In this document: piece by piece, positions 1-12,400 of the stretch
Numbering within the stretch: position 1 is the stretch's first letter
Layout of the letters: each line of letters starts with the position of its first letter
Source of the DNA: Macrostomum hystrix
Taxonomy: Eukaryota > Animalia > Platyhelminthes
Assembly: GCA_950097015.1 (NCBI GenBank)
Contig: CATNEN010000038.1
Location: 17,670,001-17,734,000 of the forward strand
Direction: 5' to 3'
Length of the DNA stretch: 64,000 nucleotides
Translations under genes and position numbers: made by a program
The notes under the pieces: generated by a model
Told to the model about the DNA's origin: nothing
Databases searched by the model: none
What the model saw: the letters and a program-made list of their open reading frames with translations, nothing else

Positions 1-420
1 TCCCTCATTCACTCCCTCATTCACTCCCTCATTCACTCCCTCATTCACTCCCTCATTCACTCCCTCATTCACTGTCTTATTCACTCCGTCATTCACTTAC
101 TCATACACTCCCTCATTCACTCCCTCATTCACTCCCTCATTCACTCCCTCATTCACTCCCTCATTCACTCCCTCATTCACTCCCTCAGTCACTCCCTTAT
201 TCAATCTCTTATTCACTCCCTCATTCACTCCTTCAGTCACTTCCTCATTCACTCCCTCAGTCACTCCCTCAGTCACTCCCTTATTCAATCTCTTATTCAC
301 TCCCTCATTCACTCCTTCAGTCACTTCCTCATTCACTCCATCATTCACTCCCTCATTCACTCTCTCATTCACTCCCTCATTCACTCTCTCATTCACTCCC
401 TTATTCCCTTCTTCATTCAC
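1..420. repeat. 12-bp minisatellite (TCATTCACTCCC)n
   Basis: Direct tandem copies. Confidence 0.95.
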
Positions 421-739
421 TCGTAATGACTAGCTTTTAGAAGCAAAACAATCTGTGCTCACGTAATGCTCAGCCGAGCTAGCGTTCTGTCCGAAATCTT
501 TGCTGCCAACGTATTCGTAAATGAATGATAGCTGGGGATTTTCCACCACCGAGTAGTTGTTGCCAACGTTTACGAACAAGCCTTGAAGTGTTATTGATTA
601 ATTTTTGAAATTCGGAAAAAAAGTCTTCACCAACCGAAATTTCGTTGTTTTTGGAAGCAATAGCTTTTGAGAAGCTAAGAATTGCACAAGTGCACACAAA
701 GAATTGTGCGCTTTTGGAAGTTTTGTGTTTTCGGATCAT

Positions 740-1050
740 AGTAATTTTGTAATTTTTGTACTTTTCTACATTTTGCACTTTTAGTAATTTTGTACTTTTA
801 GGAATTTTGTTATTTCAGGAATTTTGTACTTTAAGGAATTTTGTACTTTTAGGAATTTTGTACTTTTAGGAACTTTGTACTTTTAGGAACTTTGTACTTT
901 TAGGAATTTTGTACTTTTAGGAATTTTGTACTTTTAGGAATTTTGTACTTTTAGGAATTTTGTACTTTTAGGAATTTTGTACTTTTAGGAATTTTGTACT
1001 TTTAGGAATTTTGTACTTTTAGGAATTTTGTATTTTTAGGAATTTTGTTA
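740..1050. repeat. 17-bp minisatellite (TTTTAGGAATTTTGTAC)n
   Basis: Direct tandem copies. Confidence 0.95.
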
Positions 1051-1568
1051 GGAATTAGGAAGCTTTTTCGTTTCTTAGAACTGATTCATGCAATCGCCTA
1101 CTGTGAAAAGTAGCCCCAATGGTGCATTCATTATCTTCTCAAAAATCCCATAAATAGGAATAAAAAACTATTGTTTCCAGTATAAACAGGGACGATGCTG
1201 ATCCATTAATGGGATTATTTCTTTCGTCTCTTCTTCCCTGGCCTAGTCTGGGAATTTCAATACCAAAAGAAATTACACAAAAGTGTCTATTTTCTTTTTT
1301 AGACTGGAAATATATTTTAAGTGCGTCTTAAATTGCAGCTGATTGGGGGTAGTTTAGCGGTTTCTGAAGGAAACTCCTGGCCATACGGGCTGCAGAAATG
1401 CTTTTAGCCTGGACTTAAATTTTATTGCCCGCAATTTTGCGTAAACCTTTTGGGATTTCGCTGAGGATTAGTGCATTAGCGGTACAACTGAATACAATTT
1501 GATTCGACCGTTTCCGATACGGATAAAGTACTCAAATATATACAGACCTGTGTTACTGAACTAGATTT

Positions 1569-1740
1569 CTACGATTCCATCTACGATTCCATCTACGATT
1601 CCATCTACGATTCCATCTACGATTCCATCTACGATTCCATCTACGATTCCATCTACGATTCCATCTACGATTCCATCTACGATTCCATCTACGATTCCAT
1701 CTACGATTCCATCTACGATTCCATCTACGATTCCATCTAC
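1569..1740. repeat. 12-bp perfect minisatellite (CTACGATTCCAT)n
   Basis: About 14 identical copies. Confidence 0.95.
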
Positions 1741-2369
1741 TGTTCCTGGAATGAATATGCGTGCCTAATATTAAACGCCTGAATGACGGCAGACAACGAG
1801 GCACTTACGAATCGCATTTGGTGCTCACTCTACAAGTCCCTACAAGCCAGCTTTATCTAAACAAACTAGACCAAACCCATGAGAATTGCTGCACAAGATT
1901 TTATAAAAAGTTACTCGTTTTCAGCGTTAGGGACAGTCAGACATGCTCAGGCATCGAGTTAAGTCTCAAGTCCGTATTCCCCTCCCAATCAGAGAAATCA
2001 GATCATGCTTAGCTAGCCGCTGTGTTTGTCTAACTCAATTATCTATTGCTATGCAGTGGGTGCGTAGCCTATGCTATGAGAATATTGTAGGGAGGGTTAG
2101 AGACAGTTGACGTATCTAACTGTACATTTATCCAAGCATACAGTCGCACACAATGCGAGTATTTGTATAATTATTCGAGTTTTTTTCTCTCCTTACATCA
2201 AATTAGCATTTAATAAATGCGTTTCATGGAATAGCCTGTTGAACATTTGGGATTAGATACTTGCTAATTCTTAGATAGGATATTGATGTTTCTTCGGAGT
2301 GATGTCACTCCTTCTAATATAACACGCTCACACGCATCCTATCCTTGCCCCACTATCTCACTTCCTTCC

Positions 2370-3430
2370 TGTCTCCCTCACCCCTCAATGTCTCCCTCAC
2401 CCCTCAATGTCTCCCTCACCCCTCAATGTCTCCCTCACCCCTCAATGTCTCCCTCACCCCTCAATGTCTCCCTCACCCCTCAATGTCTCCCTCACCCCTC
2501 ACTGTCTCCCTCACCCCTCAATGTCTCCCTCACCCCTCAATGTCTCCCTCACCCCTCAATGTCTCCCTCACCCCTCACTGTCTCCCTCACCCCTCACTGT
2601 CCCCCTTACAGTCTCCCTCACAGTCTCCCTTAGAGTCTCCCTCACTGTCTCCCTCACTGTCTCCCTCACTGTCTCCCTTAGAGTCTCCCTCACAGTCTCC
2701 CTAACAGTCTCCCTCACTGTCTCCCTAACTGTCTCCCTTACAGTTTCCCTAACTGTCTCCCTCACTGTCTCCCTAACTGTCTCCCTTAGAGTCTCCCTCA
2801 CTGTCTCCCTTAGAGTCTCCCTCACTGTCTCCCTTAGAGTCTCCCTCACTGTCTCCCTAACTGTCTCCCTTACAGTTTCCCTAACTGTCTCCCTTACAGT
2901 CTCCCTCACTGTCTCCCTTACAGTTTCCCTAACTGTCTCCCTTACAGTCTCCCTAACTGTCTCCCTTAGAGTCTCCCTCACAGTCTCCCTAACTGTCTCC
3001 CTTACAGTCTCCCTCACTGTCTCCCTTAGAGTCTCCCTCACTGTCTCCCTAACTGTCTCCCTTACAGTTTCCCTAACTGTCTCCCTTACAGTCTCCCTCA
3101 CTGTCTCCCTTACAGTTTCCCTAACTGTCTCCCTTACAGTCTCCCTAACTGTCTCCCTTAGAGTCTCCCTCACAGTCTCCCTAACTGTCTCCCTTACAGT
3201 CTCCCTCACTGTCTCCCTTAGAGTCTCCCTCACTGTCTCCCTCACTGTCTCCCTTAGAGTCTCCCTCACTGTCTCCCTAACTGTCTCCCTTACAGTTGCC
3301 CTAACTGTCTCCCTCACTGTCTCCCTAACTGTCTCCCTTACAGTTTCCCTAACTGTCTCCCTCACAGTCTCCCTAACTGTCTCCCTAACTGTCTCCCTCA
3401 CAGTCTCCCCCCACCGTCTCCCTCACGTCT
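2370..3430. repeat. Compound array: 19-bp (TGTCTCCCTCACCCCTCAA)n followed by related 12-bp (GTCTCCCTCACT)n
   Basis: Period switches near 2600. Shared core GTCTCCCTCAC. Confidence 0.95.
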
Positions 3431-3459
3431 CCTTCAATTCGGAAGCTCCATTCGCTCAC

Positions 3460-6400
3460 CTATTACAATTTCGCAGTATTTGGCCCGAAACGCGTGAGGC
3501 AAACTCTCGGACGACAAGCCCAGATAGGCTTCTTCCCAGGTGAGGTAGCTCAGATCCTTGGTGATTAGCCGAATGCACTCTTCGTTTCTGCCCTGGAATT
3601 TAATTTATAGATATTATCCTTGAAACCCTTGCAATTTACGCTCTTAGGGGCCAAAGTGTACACTGTGTTAGCGTGTGCCTGCGTACAGTATCTGTGTGCG
3701 TGTGTGCTCAGGACTTAGCGGAATAGGCAGAAATTCTAACGGAACAAAATCAGTTGCTCTCAGCCAAAATGTTCTCAACAACAAATTTTATTTTAGCTCA
3801 CGTGACAGAGGGCAATGAAGAGGTCGAGTTGAGTCCTGAGAAATAGACAGCGCTCGACTCCGTCGATATCGGAGTCGTCTGGCTGAACGAACTCAACCAA
3901 CGGTATCCAGCTCTTCATCTGGTCGCAGCTGACATAGGTCTCGTTTGGCTTCTTGTCTATGTTCTGACCTCTCTCTGTTACATAGACGCCGCGCTATTGA
4001 GTTAACAGAATGAGTAGTGCAGGAAACGAATGTGTACCTGATTTTAGTCACTTTGGTGCAAATTTAATAAATAATCATTTGTCTCACAGTATCTTCCAGT
4101 AGCCACTTCTGTGCTATGAAGCACTGATTCTCAGTGATGGCAACACCGTTGCAAACGCATAGTACCTTCAGCAGCTCCAGGTAGCTGTAGTGCTGCAAGT
4201 TTTACACCCCGTTTGCTCAACACCTTTTTATGAGTACTTTCAGTAACAGTAGAAATACTAGAAAAAAAGTTTCTACTTGTACACCTGTTGTCTTTCACTG
4301 TTAACTAATCAATCACTTCCTACTAAAATAAGAATATTTACCTCATTCTTTCTGAGCAATTCAACAAATACTTCCATCTGTTCGTGACTAATTCTGTCGA
4401 CAATTTTGCGGTTATCCTTCATCAGCTCCACCAGCATCTTGGTGACTTTTAAAGCCAGGTCCGACTGAAAGATAAGGAAAATAATGAGCAACTTCGGAAT
4501 TCTAACCCATGAAGGTTCAGGGGCTCGGAATTCTAACCCATGAAGGTTCAGGGGCTCGGAATTCTAACCCATGAAGGTTCAGGGGCTCGGAATTCTAACC
4601 CATGAAGGTTCAGGGGCTCGGAATTCTAACCCATGAAGGTTCAGGGGCTCGGAATTCTAACCCATGAAGGTTCAGGGGCTCGGAATTCTAACCCATGAAG
4701 GTTCAGGGGCTCGGAATTCTAACCCATGAAGGTTCAGGGGCTCGGAATTCTAACCCATGAAGGTTCAGGGGCTCGGAATTCTAACCCATGAAGGTTCAGG
4801 GGCTCGGAATTCTAACCCATGAAGGTTCAGGGGCTCGGAATTCTAACCCATGAAGGTTCAGGGGCTCGGAATTCTAACCCATGAAGGTTCAGGGGCTCGG
4901 AATTCTAACTCATGAAGGTTCAGGGGCTTGGAATTCTAACCCATGAAGGTTCAGGGGCTTGGTTCTAACCCCTGAAGGTTCAGGGGCTCGGAATTCTAAC
5001 CCATGAAGGTTCAGGGGCTCGGAATTCTAACCCATGAAGGTTCAGGGGCTCGGAATTCTAACCCATGAAGGTTCAGGGGCTCGGAATTCTAACCCATGAA
5101 GGTTCAGGGGCTCGGAATTCTAACCCATGAAGGTTCAGGGGCTCGGAATTCTAACCCATGAAGGTTCAGGGGCTCGGAATTCTAACCCATGAAGGTTCAG
5201 GGGCTCGGAATTCTAACCCATGAAGGTTCAGGGGCTCGGAATTCTAACCCATGAAGGTTCAGGGGCTCGGAATTCTAACCCATGAAGGTTCAGGGGCTCG
5301 GAATTCTAACCCATGAAGGTTCAGGGGCTCGGAATTCTAACCCATGAAGGTTCAGGGGCTTGGAATTCTAACCCATGAAGGTTCAGGGGCTTGGAATTCT
5401 AACCCATGAAGGTTCAGGGGCTTGGTTCTAACCCATGAAGGTTCAGGGGCTTGGTTCTAACCCATGAAGGTTCAGGGGCTTGGTTCTAACCCCTGAAGGT
5501 TCAGGGGCTTGGTTCTAACCCCTGAAGGTTCAGGGGCTTGGTTCTAACCCATGAAGGTTCAGGGGCTTGGTTCTAACCCATGAAGGTTCAGGCGCTTGGT
5601 TCTACCTGAACCTGAAGGTTCAGGGGCTGAGAGGATGTTCAAGTTTCAGGATGTGTACATTTTAATGATGAAGGGTCTGTTCCCCCTAATGTCTATAACA
5701 GCTATGGAACAACTACTCAGTATCACGAACCTTGTCAACCATTTGAGTCTGAAAGAACTCAATGTACTTAGCGAAGTATAGAGCATTCTTTCTGCTGCTG
5801 CCCATCATGTAGGTGTGAAGAATGTCGTAGGCCTCAAGGAACACCTTTGCTAGGCTGTGCTCATCGGCAGCACCTTTCAGCGGAAATTTAAGCAGCGTTA
5901 CAAGCAAGTCAATGATCTGCGGGTAATTGTGCCGAAAGGTATTATAAAATAGTGGCAAAGTTCTGACAAAGTTCGCGGAGCTTCTAGACATTCAACGGAT
6001 GGCGTCAGCTTGAAAACCTGATTTCAACTTAATAGTAATAAGAATATTTGAAAATATAGTTTACTGTTAATCACAATTACCATTAGAAGCATATTACACA
6101 AATTAATAGCACACTGGTTAATAAAAATACTAATAATTGGAGGAGGGCTGCGGGCAATGGCACATCATTTGGTGACACTAGACGCGCAGCCAGCGAGGAG
6201 GCAATTCTGCCCATTTCGCTGACTCCTGAGCACACACGCACACAGATACCGTACACAGGCACACGCTCACACAGGGTATGTACATCTGCCCTGACTTTCT
6301 CATCGTCAGGCAGTGTACACTCTCACTGTGCCTTTGAGGTTGGCCTGCAATGGCGTAAATTGCACGACAAGCCCCCCAAGCCTTCTCTCTGCGGCTGTGC

Positions 6401-9400
6401 CTCAAATGAATGTTGCCTCGCCGCGGAATCGAGCTCAGGGACCTTGGCGCGACAAGCATCCGCGTTAACCACTCTGCCACCGACCCCCCAACGCACTGGT
6501 TAGTGAGGTAGAAGTATAGCTTGACCATCCCTTTAGGCGCGGATGTTCATTTAGGTTCTAAGTAGAGGTCAAGCATGACGGCTGATTTGTCATTGTCAAA
6601 TGTAAGCAACTTCCTATAGTTACAAAGTACTAGTACTAGTACACACACGACGATTGCAGCTTCTTAGCAGCAAATACAAAAATCTTCCGTGTTTTTTTAC
6701 ATATCCATTTTCTTTTAGACGCAACTAGGGAAAAATCTGTTGGTTTCCTATAATACCGTTCCTTCATGTCATTACCCCGAAAAGGTAAAAATATAACACA
6801 GCCTTGGAACAGTCGCAGTGTGAAATGAACAACCTGTACTTAGTTATTAATTCATAGTTCTGAACAAGAATTTCAAGATTTATGACTGTTTAATCAGCTG
6901 TTAGAGTGAATTTCACCACCACGATTAGACCAAGGACTACTATAAGAGCTTTGGGAGTCGACAAGTAAAGACGGAGTTTGACTTGGGCTAGAATTAAAAG
7001 CCATTTTTCATCTCCAAGCAGAAGCTTCTAGCAGCCTCCATAAGTCTTCTTTTTCCTGCTGCCCTACAATTAGTTTTTTCCAGTATATAGGACTACCAAG
7101 CTATTTTGCTGCCCATTTTTATACCAAGCGGCCCTCTGAAACAATTTTTGGCCTGAATGCTAGCAGCGATAAGTGGTGACTGATTGGTTGACAGTCTAGG
7201 CCAGGGGTCGGCAAACTCCGGCCCGCGGGCCAGATGCGGCCCTCGAAGCTCCCAAATCCGGCCCGTTGCCCCTTCTGACATCTACAGTGTCCTGTTTCAT
7301 CTCTCTCGTGTCTAATCTCTCCCGTGTCTCATCGCTCTCGTATCTAATCTATTCCCTGTCTTATCTCTCCCGTGTCTAATCTCTCCCGTGTCTCATCGCT
7401 CTCGTATCTAATCTCTCCCGTGTCTAGTCTCTCCCGTGTCTCATCGCTCTCGTATCTAATCTCTCCCGTGTTTAGTCTCTCCCGTGTCTAATTTCTCCCG
7501 TGTCTAATCTCTCCCGTGTCTAATCTCTCCCGTGTCTAATCTCTTTCGTGTCTAGTCTCTTCCCTGTCTAATCTCTCCCGTGTCTAATCTCTCCCGTGTC
7601 TAATCTCTCCCGTGTCTAATCTCTTCCCTGTCTTATCTCTCCCGTGTCTCATCTCTCTCGTGTCCCATCTTTCCTGTGTCTCATCTCTCCCGTGTCTCAT
7701 CTCTCCCCTGTCTTATCTCTCCCGTATCTAATCTCTCCCGTGTCTAGTCTCTCCCGTGTCTCATCGCTCTCGTATCTAATCTCTCCCGTGTCTAATCTCT
7801 CCCGTGTCTAGTCTCTTCCCTGTCTAATCTCTCCGGTGTCCCATCTTTCCCGTGTCTCATCTCTCCCGTGTCTCATCTCTCCCCTATCTCATATTTATAC
7901 AGTCAATGCGGCCCGCTGTCGTCTTTTAGGCTCTCTCTTTGGCCCGCCAGCAAATAAGTTTGCCCACCCCTGCTCTAGGCGATGGTGTACTGTGGTTGAG
8001 CTGCGCCTAGTATTGAGGCTTGATCAGTGAAATTTGAGAAATTCGCGTCACGGTGTCCATAGTGGCCTAGTTCTACTTCTTGAAGCCGTCTAGATAAAGG
8101 TAGGTGACCACCGAAGACGGAGATGATGCAGGTACATTCGGGTGACATGCTGATCAAATTTGAAGGCCTGGCAAGGCCGCACTGAGGCGCAGTGCTAATT
8201 CGTGTATAGGGGTGTATGAAATACACTAGCGCTTATAGGAAAAATTCGACCTTCGTGTGCTTGCGTTGCTCCGTTCGGGTGCAGCAAAAAATAATTTTCA
8301 GGGGAGAATCTGAACTGAACCGTTAAAGTGTGCACTGTCGAGTAAGGTCTCAGCAGCGGAGACTAGAAAACTTACCCGTAGATTTCTGAGCAGTTTCTGC
8401 TTGACTTTGCAAGGCTCTCCGTTAACAATCATGAAATTGCGCAGCTCCCTGAGGGCGTGACAGATTTTGAATGTCTCCTTGCCGGCAAGAAGTCTCCCAT
8501 TGCGTCTCTGCAGTGTAACAGAGGTATAGTCCCCTATGTTACTCTACAATATCAGGGACATTGGGATCACTAAAATACTTTCGTCCAGCACTACTCACAC
8601 CATCGATGAGGCTCTGTAGGAAGGGTACAACTCCGGCTACGAAATTGAAGTTGATCACGTGCTCAGCTTCGACCTTCTGTATCGTGTAGGCGTCGTCGTA
8701 TCGCCTGTCTGAGCAGCACGTTACCTGCACACGGCGGGTTAGTTTGAACTGTTAAGGCGTAGAGTTTATGAAGCTTGACCTGCTCCTTCAGGACTTATTG
8801 GCAACAGTACAATAGAACTGACACCTCACCAAAGAACTGGGTAGAATAGAACTGACACCTCACCAAAGGACTGGGTAGAATAGAACTGACACCTCACCAA
8901 AGGACTGGGTAGAATAGAAATGACACCTCACCAAAGGACTGGGTAGAACAGAACTGACACCTCACCAAAGGACTGGGTAGAATAGAACTGACACCTCACC
9001 AAAGGACTGGGTAGAATAGAAATGACACCTCACCAAAGGACTGGGTAGAATAGAACTGACACCTCACCAAAGGACTGGGTAGAATAGAACTGACACCTCG
9101 CCAAAGGGACTGGGTAGAATAGAACTGACACCTCACCAAAGGACTGGGTAGAACAGAACTGACACCTCACCAAAGGACTGGGTAGAATAGAACTGACACC
9201 TCACCAAAGGACTGGGTAGAATAGAAATGACACCTCACCAAAGGACTGGGTAGAATAGAACTGACATCTCACCAAAGGACTGGGTAGAATAGTACTGACA
9301 CCTCAACAAAGGACTGGGTAGAATAGAACTGACACCTCGCCAAAGGGACTGGGTAGAATAGAACTGACACCTCACCAAAGGACTGGGTAGAATAGAACTG

Positions 9401-12400
9401 ACACCTCACCAAAGGACTGGGTAGAATAGAACTGACACCTCACCAAAGGACTGGGTAGAATAGAACTGACACCTCACCAAAGGACTGGGTAGAACAGAAC
9501 TGACGCCTCACCAAAGGACTGATTAGAATAGAACTGACACCTCACCAAAGGACTGGGTAGAATAGAAATGACACCTCACCAAAGGACTGGGTAGAACAGA
9601 ACTGACACCTCACCAAAGGACTGGGTAGAATAGAAATGACACCTCACCAAAGGACTGGGTAGAATAGAACTGACACCTCACCAAAGGACTGGGTAGAATA
9701 GAACTGACACCTCACCAAAGGACTGGGTAGAATAGAACTGACACCTCACCAAAGGACTGGGTAGAATAGAACTGACACCTCACCAAAGGACTGGGTAGAA
9801 TAGAACTGACACCTCACCAAAGGACTGGGTAGAATAGAACTGACACCTCACCAAAGTCCGAGTTTAGAAGTTTTAAATACCTAGCCAAGGGCTATATATT
9901 AATAACAAATTTTCTGTCTATTTGAATCGTAAATCTATCTATACAGCGAATGGAAGATTTTTTTTCATCAAGTACAGTTTTATTCCGAAAAAAATCTATA
10001 TTGCTTTTACGAAATGTAATAGAGATAAAAGTACGTTTCTGAAAAAGCAAGTTGCAATTTTGGACTAAATGTACGAGTATAACCTTTCCGAAAGCAGAAC
10101 AACAAGGTAACAATAAAACCATAAAACTGAGAAAGCGGGTCTAGATTATGATAAGGTAAGTCTGAAATTTGCATGATTTTAATTCTGCTTACGATATAGT
10201 ATTGATAAGCAGCTATATAAACTACTTCACCTATCATTGTGATAATTGCAAGCTGTTCAATGGCTCTTTATATAGTTTGTGATTCTGACAATTGGCAATT
10301 TGCCATGGAATTCAGTCGCCTGGCTGACCTTTCAGAATAACTAAGGAAGAAAAAGGATGACAAGAACACAGTGTTAGAATGTAAGCTCCAATGACCAGGG
10401 AAGGACAGCTCAAATGACCAGGGAAGGACAGCTCCAATGACCAGAGAAGGACAGCTCCAATGATCAGGGAAGGACAGCTCCAATGATCAGGGAAGGACAG
10501 CTCTAATGACCAGGGAAGGAAAGCTCCAATGATCAGGGAAGGACAGCTCCAATGACCAAGGAAGGACAGCTCTAATGACCAGGGAAGGAAAGCTCCAATG
10601 ATCAGGGAAGGAAAGCTCCAATGACCAGGGAAGGACAGCTCCAATGATCAGGGAAGGACAGCTCCAATGACCAGAGAAGGACAGCTCCAATGATCAGGGA
10701 AGGACAGCTCCAATGACCAGGGAAGGTTAGCTCCAATGACCAGGGAAGGACAGCTCAAATGACCAGGAGAGGACTGCTCCAATGACCAGGGAAGGACAGC
10801 TCAAATGACCAGGAGAGGACAGCTCCAATGACCAGGGAAGGACAGCTCAAATGACCTGGAGAGGACAGTTCCAATGACCAGGGAAGGACAGCTCAAATGA
10901 CCAGGGAAGGACAGCTCCAATGACTGTCGCATACCTCTCGCAGTTCGCCTCCGTCCCATCGCAGGGCTCTCATGGATTTCTCATCCTCCGTGTTGAGGAA
11001 TTCTTTTCTCTGATAGGATTTATCTGCAATTCGGAGTATAAGTTTGCTATTGAGAATGTGAAAATCGTGTATTTACTAAAAATGGATGTAGAAACTGTTG
11101 AGACAACTCCACGCCAAACTTCTATTTTCCGGACCAGTGTAGACTGACTGGCTGTCAAGAAAATTCACTAAGACGATAAGAAACTCTGATGCACTACTTG
11201 GAGATAAACACTGATAACTTCCGTATAAGGACCATTAGAAGAAGGACGGACACTTCGTTTCTTGAAAATTGTATAATTTTCATAAAGATTTTCAGGTAAA
11301 AAGTGCACCGGCGAAAAAGGAACTTTCACGTTTATTTCACATTAATTTTTTTATGTTTAAATGTTTAATGGCCTAGAGAAGACAGCTCCAATTAGCTTTT
11401 GAAGATAACTTAAATGAACACAAGAGGACAGTTCAAATGACCAGAAGAGGACAGCTCCAATCAGAAGGGAAGGACGGCTCCAATGACCAGGAGAGGACTG
11501 CTCCAATGACCAGGAGAGGACTGCTCCAATGACCAGGAGAGGACTGCTCCAATGACCAGGAGAGGACAGCTCCAATGACCAGGAGAAGACTGCTCCAATG
11601 ACCAGGAGAGGACTGCTCCAATGACCAGGAGAGGACTGCTCCAATGACCAGGAGAGGACTGCTCCAATGACCAGGAGAGGACTGCTCCAATGACCAGGAG
11701 AGGACTGCTCCAATGACCAGGAGAGGACTGCTCCAATGACCAGGAGAGGACTGCTCCAATGACCGGGAGAGGACTGCTCCAATGACCAGGAGAGGACTGC
11801 TCCAATGACCAGGAGAGGACAGCTCCAATGACCAGGAGAGGACTGCTCCAATGACCAGGAGAGGACAGCTCCAATGACCAGGAGAGGACAGCTCCAATGA
11901 CCAGGAGAGGACATGTTTAAATTTTTAAGTTTAAATCCAGGGATTAGCGGAATGGGCGGTCCCCTCCGCCTCCTCGCTGCGGAGCACCCTGCAGCTAAGT
12001 CAAGTAAGTCAATGTTTAAATCACATTTAAAGTGACTGTAAAATTGAGCTTTCTAATATTCGTTAAAAGAACAGCATTGTATATTCTTCCAATAAAAAGT
12101 TATCAACATTGCTGGTGCATTTTTCTGTGAAAATCAAAATTTAATAAGTTTTCCAAGAAACGACAGTGTCCCGTCCTTCTTCTTCTAGTGGACCTTGCTT
12201 TCGTATTGTGCAAAACATAAAAAAAATGTTTATTTTTAAAAAAAAAGCTGAATAAATTCTCTACAAAAATAGCTGAAGCTTGTGTGACTGCCTGTTTTAG
12301 CTGTTTTAGCACAACCTTCAAACACAGCCACACAGTTATTTAAACACAGCTCACTAGCTTAAACAGATGTAGAAACACAATTGCTTAAACTGCAATACAG

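Noticed and set aside
421-2340. Search for ITPR exon 18
   Set aside because: I found no phase-1 exon with ITPR-like sequence. It probably lies beyond the left edge.
2283-3543. Long ORFs (VSLT/RETV repeats), and similar ORFs at 97-420, 1553-1804, 10312-11914, 15835-16372, 32885-33910, 34371-36772, 36850-37459, 54911-55435 and 58850-60478(+)
   Set aside because: They are translations of stop-free tandem repeats, mostly inside introns and often open in several frames or on both strands.
4494-9855. 31-34-bp repeats with hairpins resembling CRISPR repeats
   Set aside because: Units are head-to-tail with no unique spacers, there are no cas genes, and the context is eukaryotic introns.
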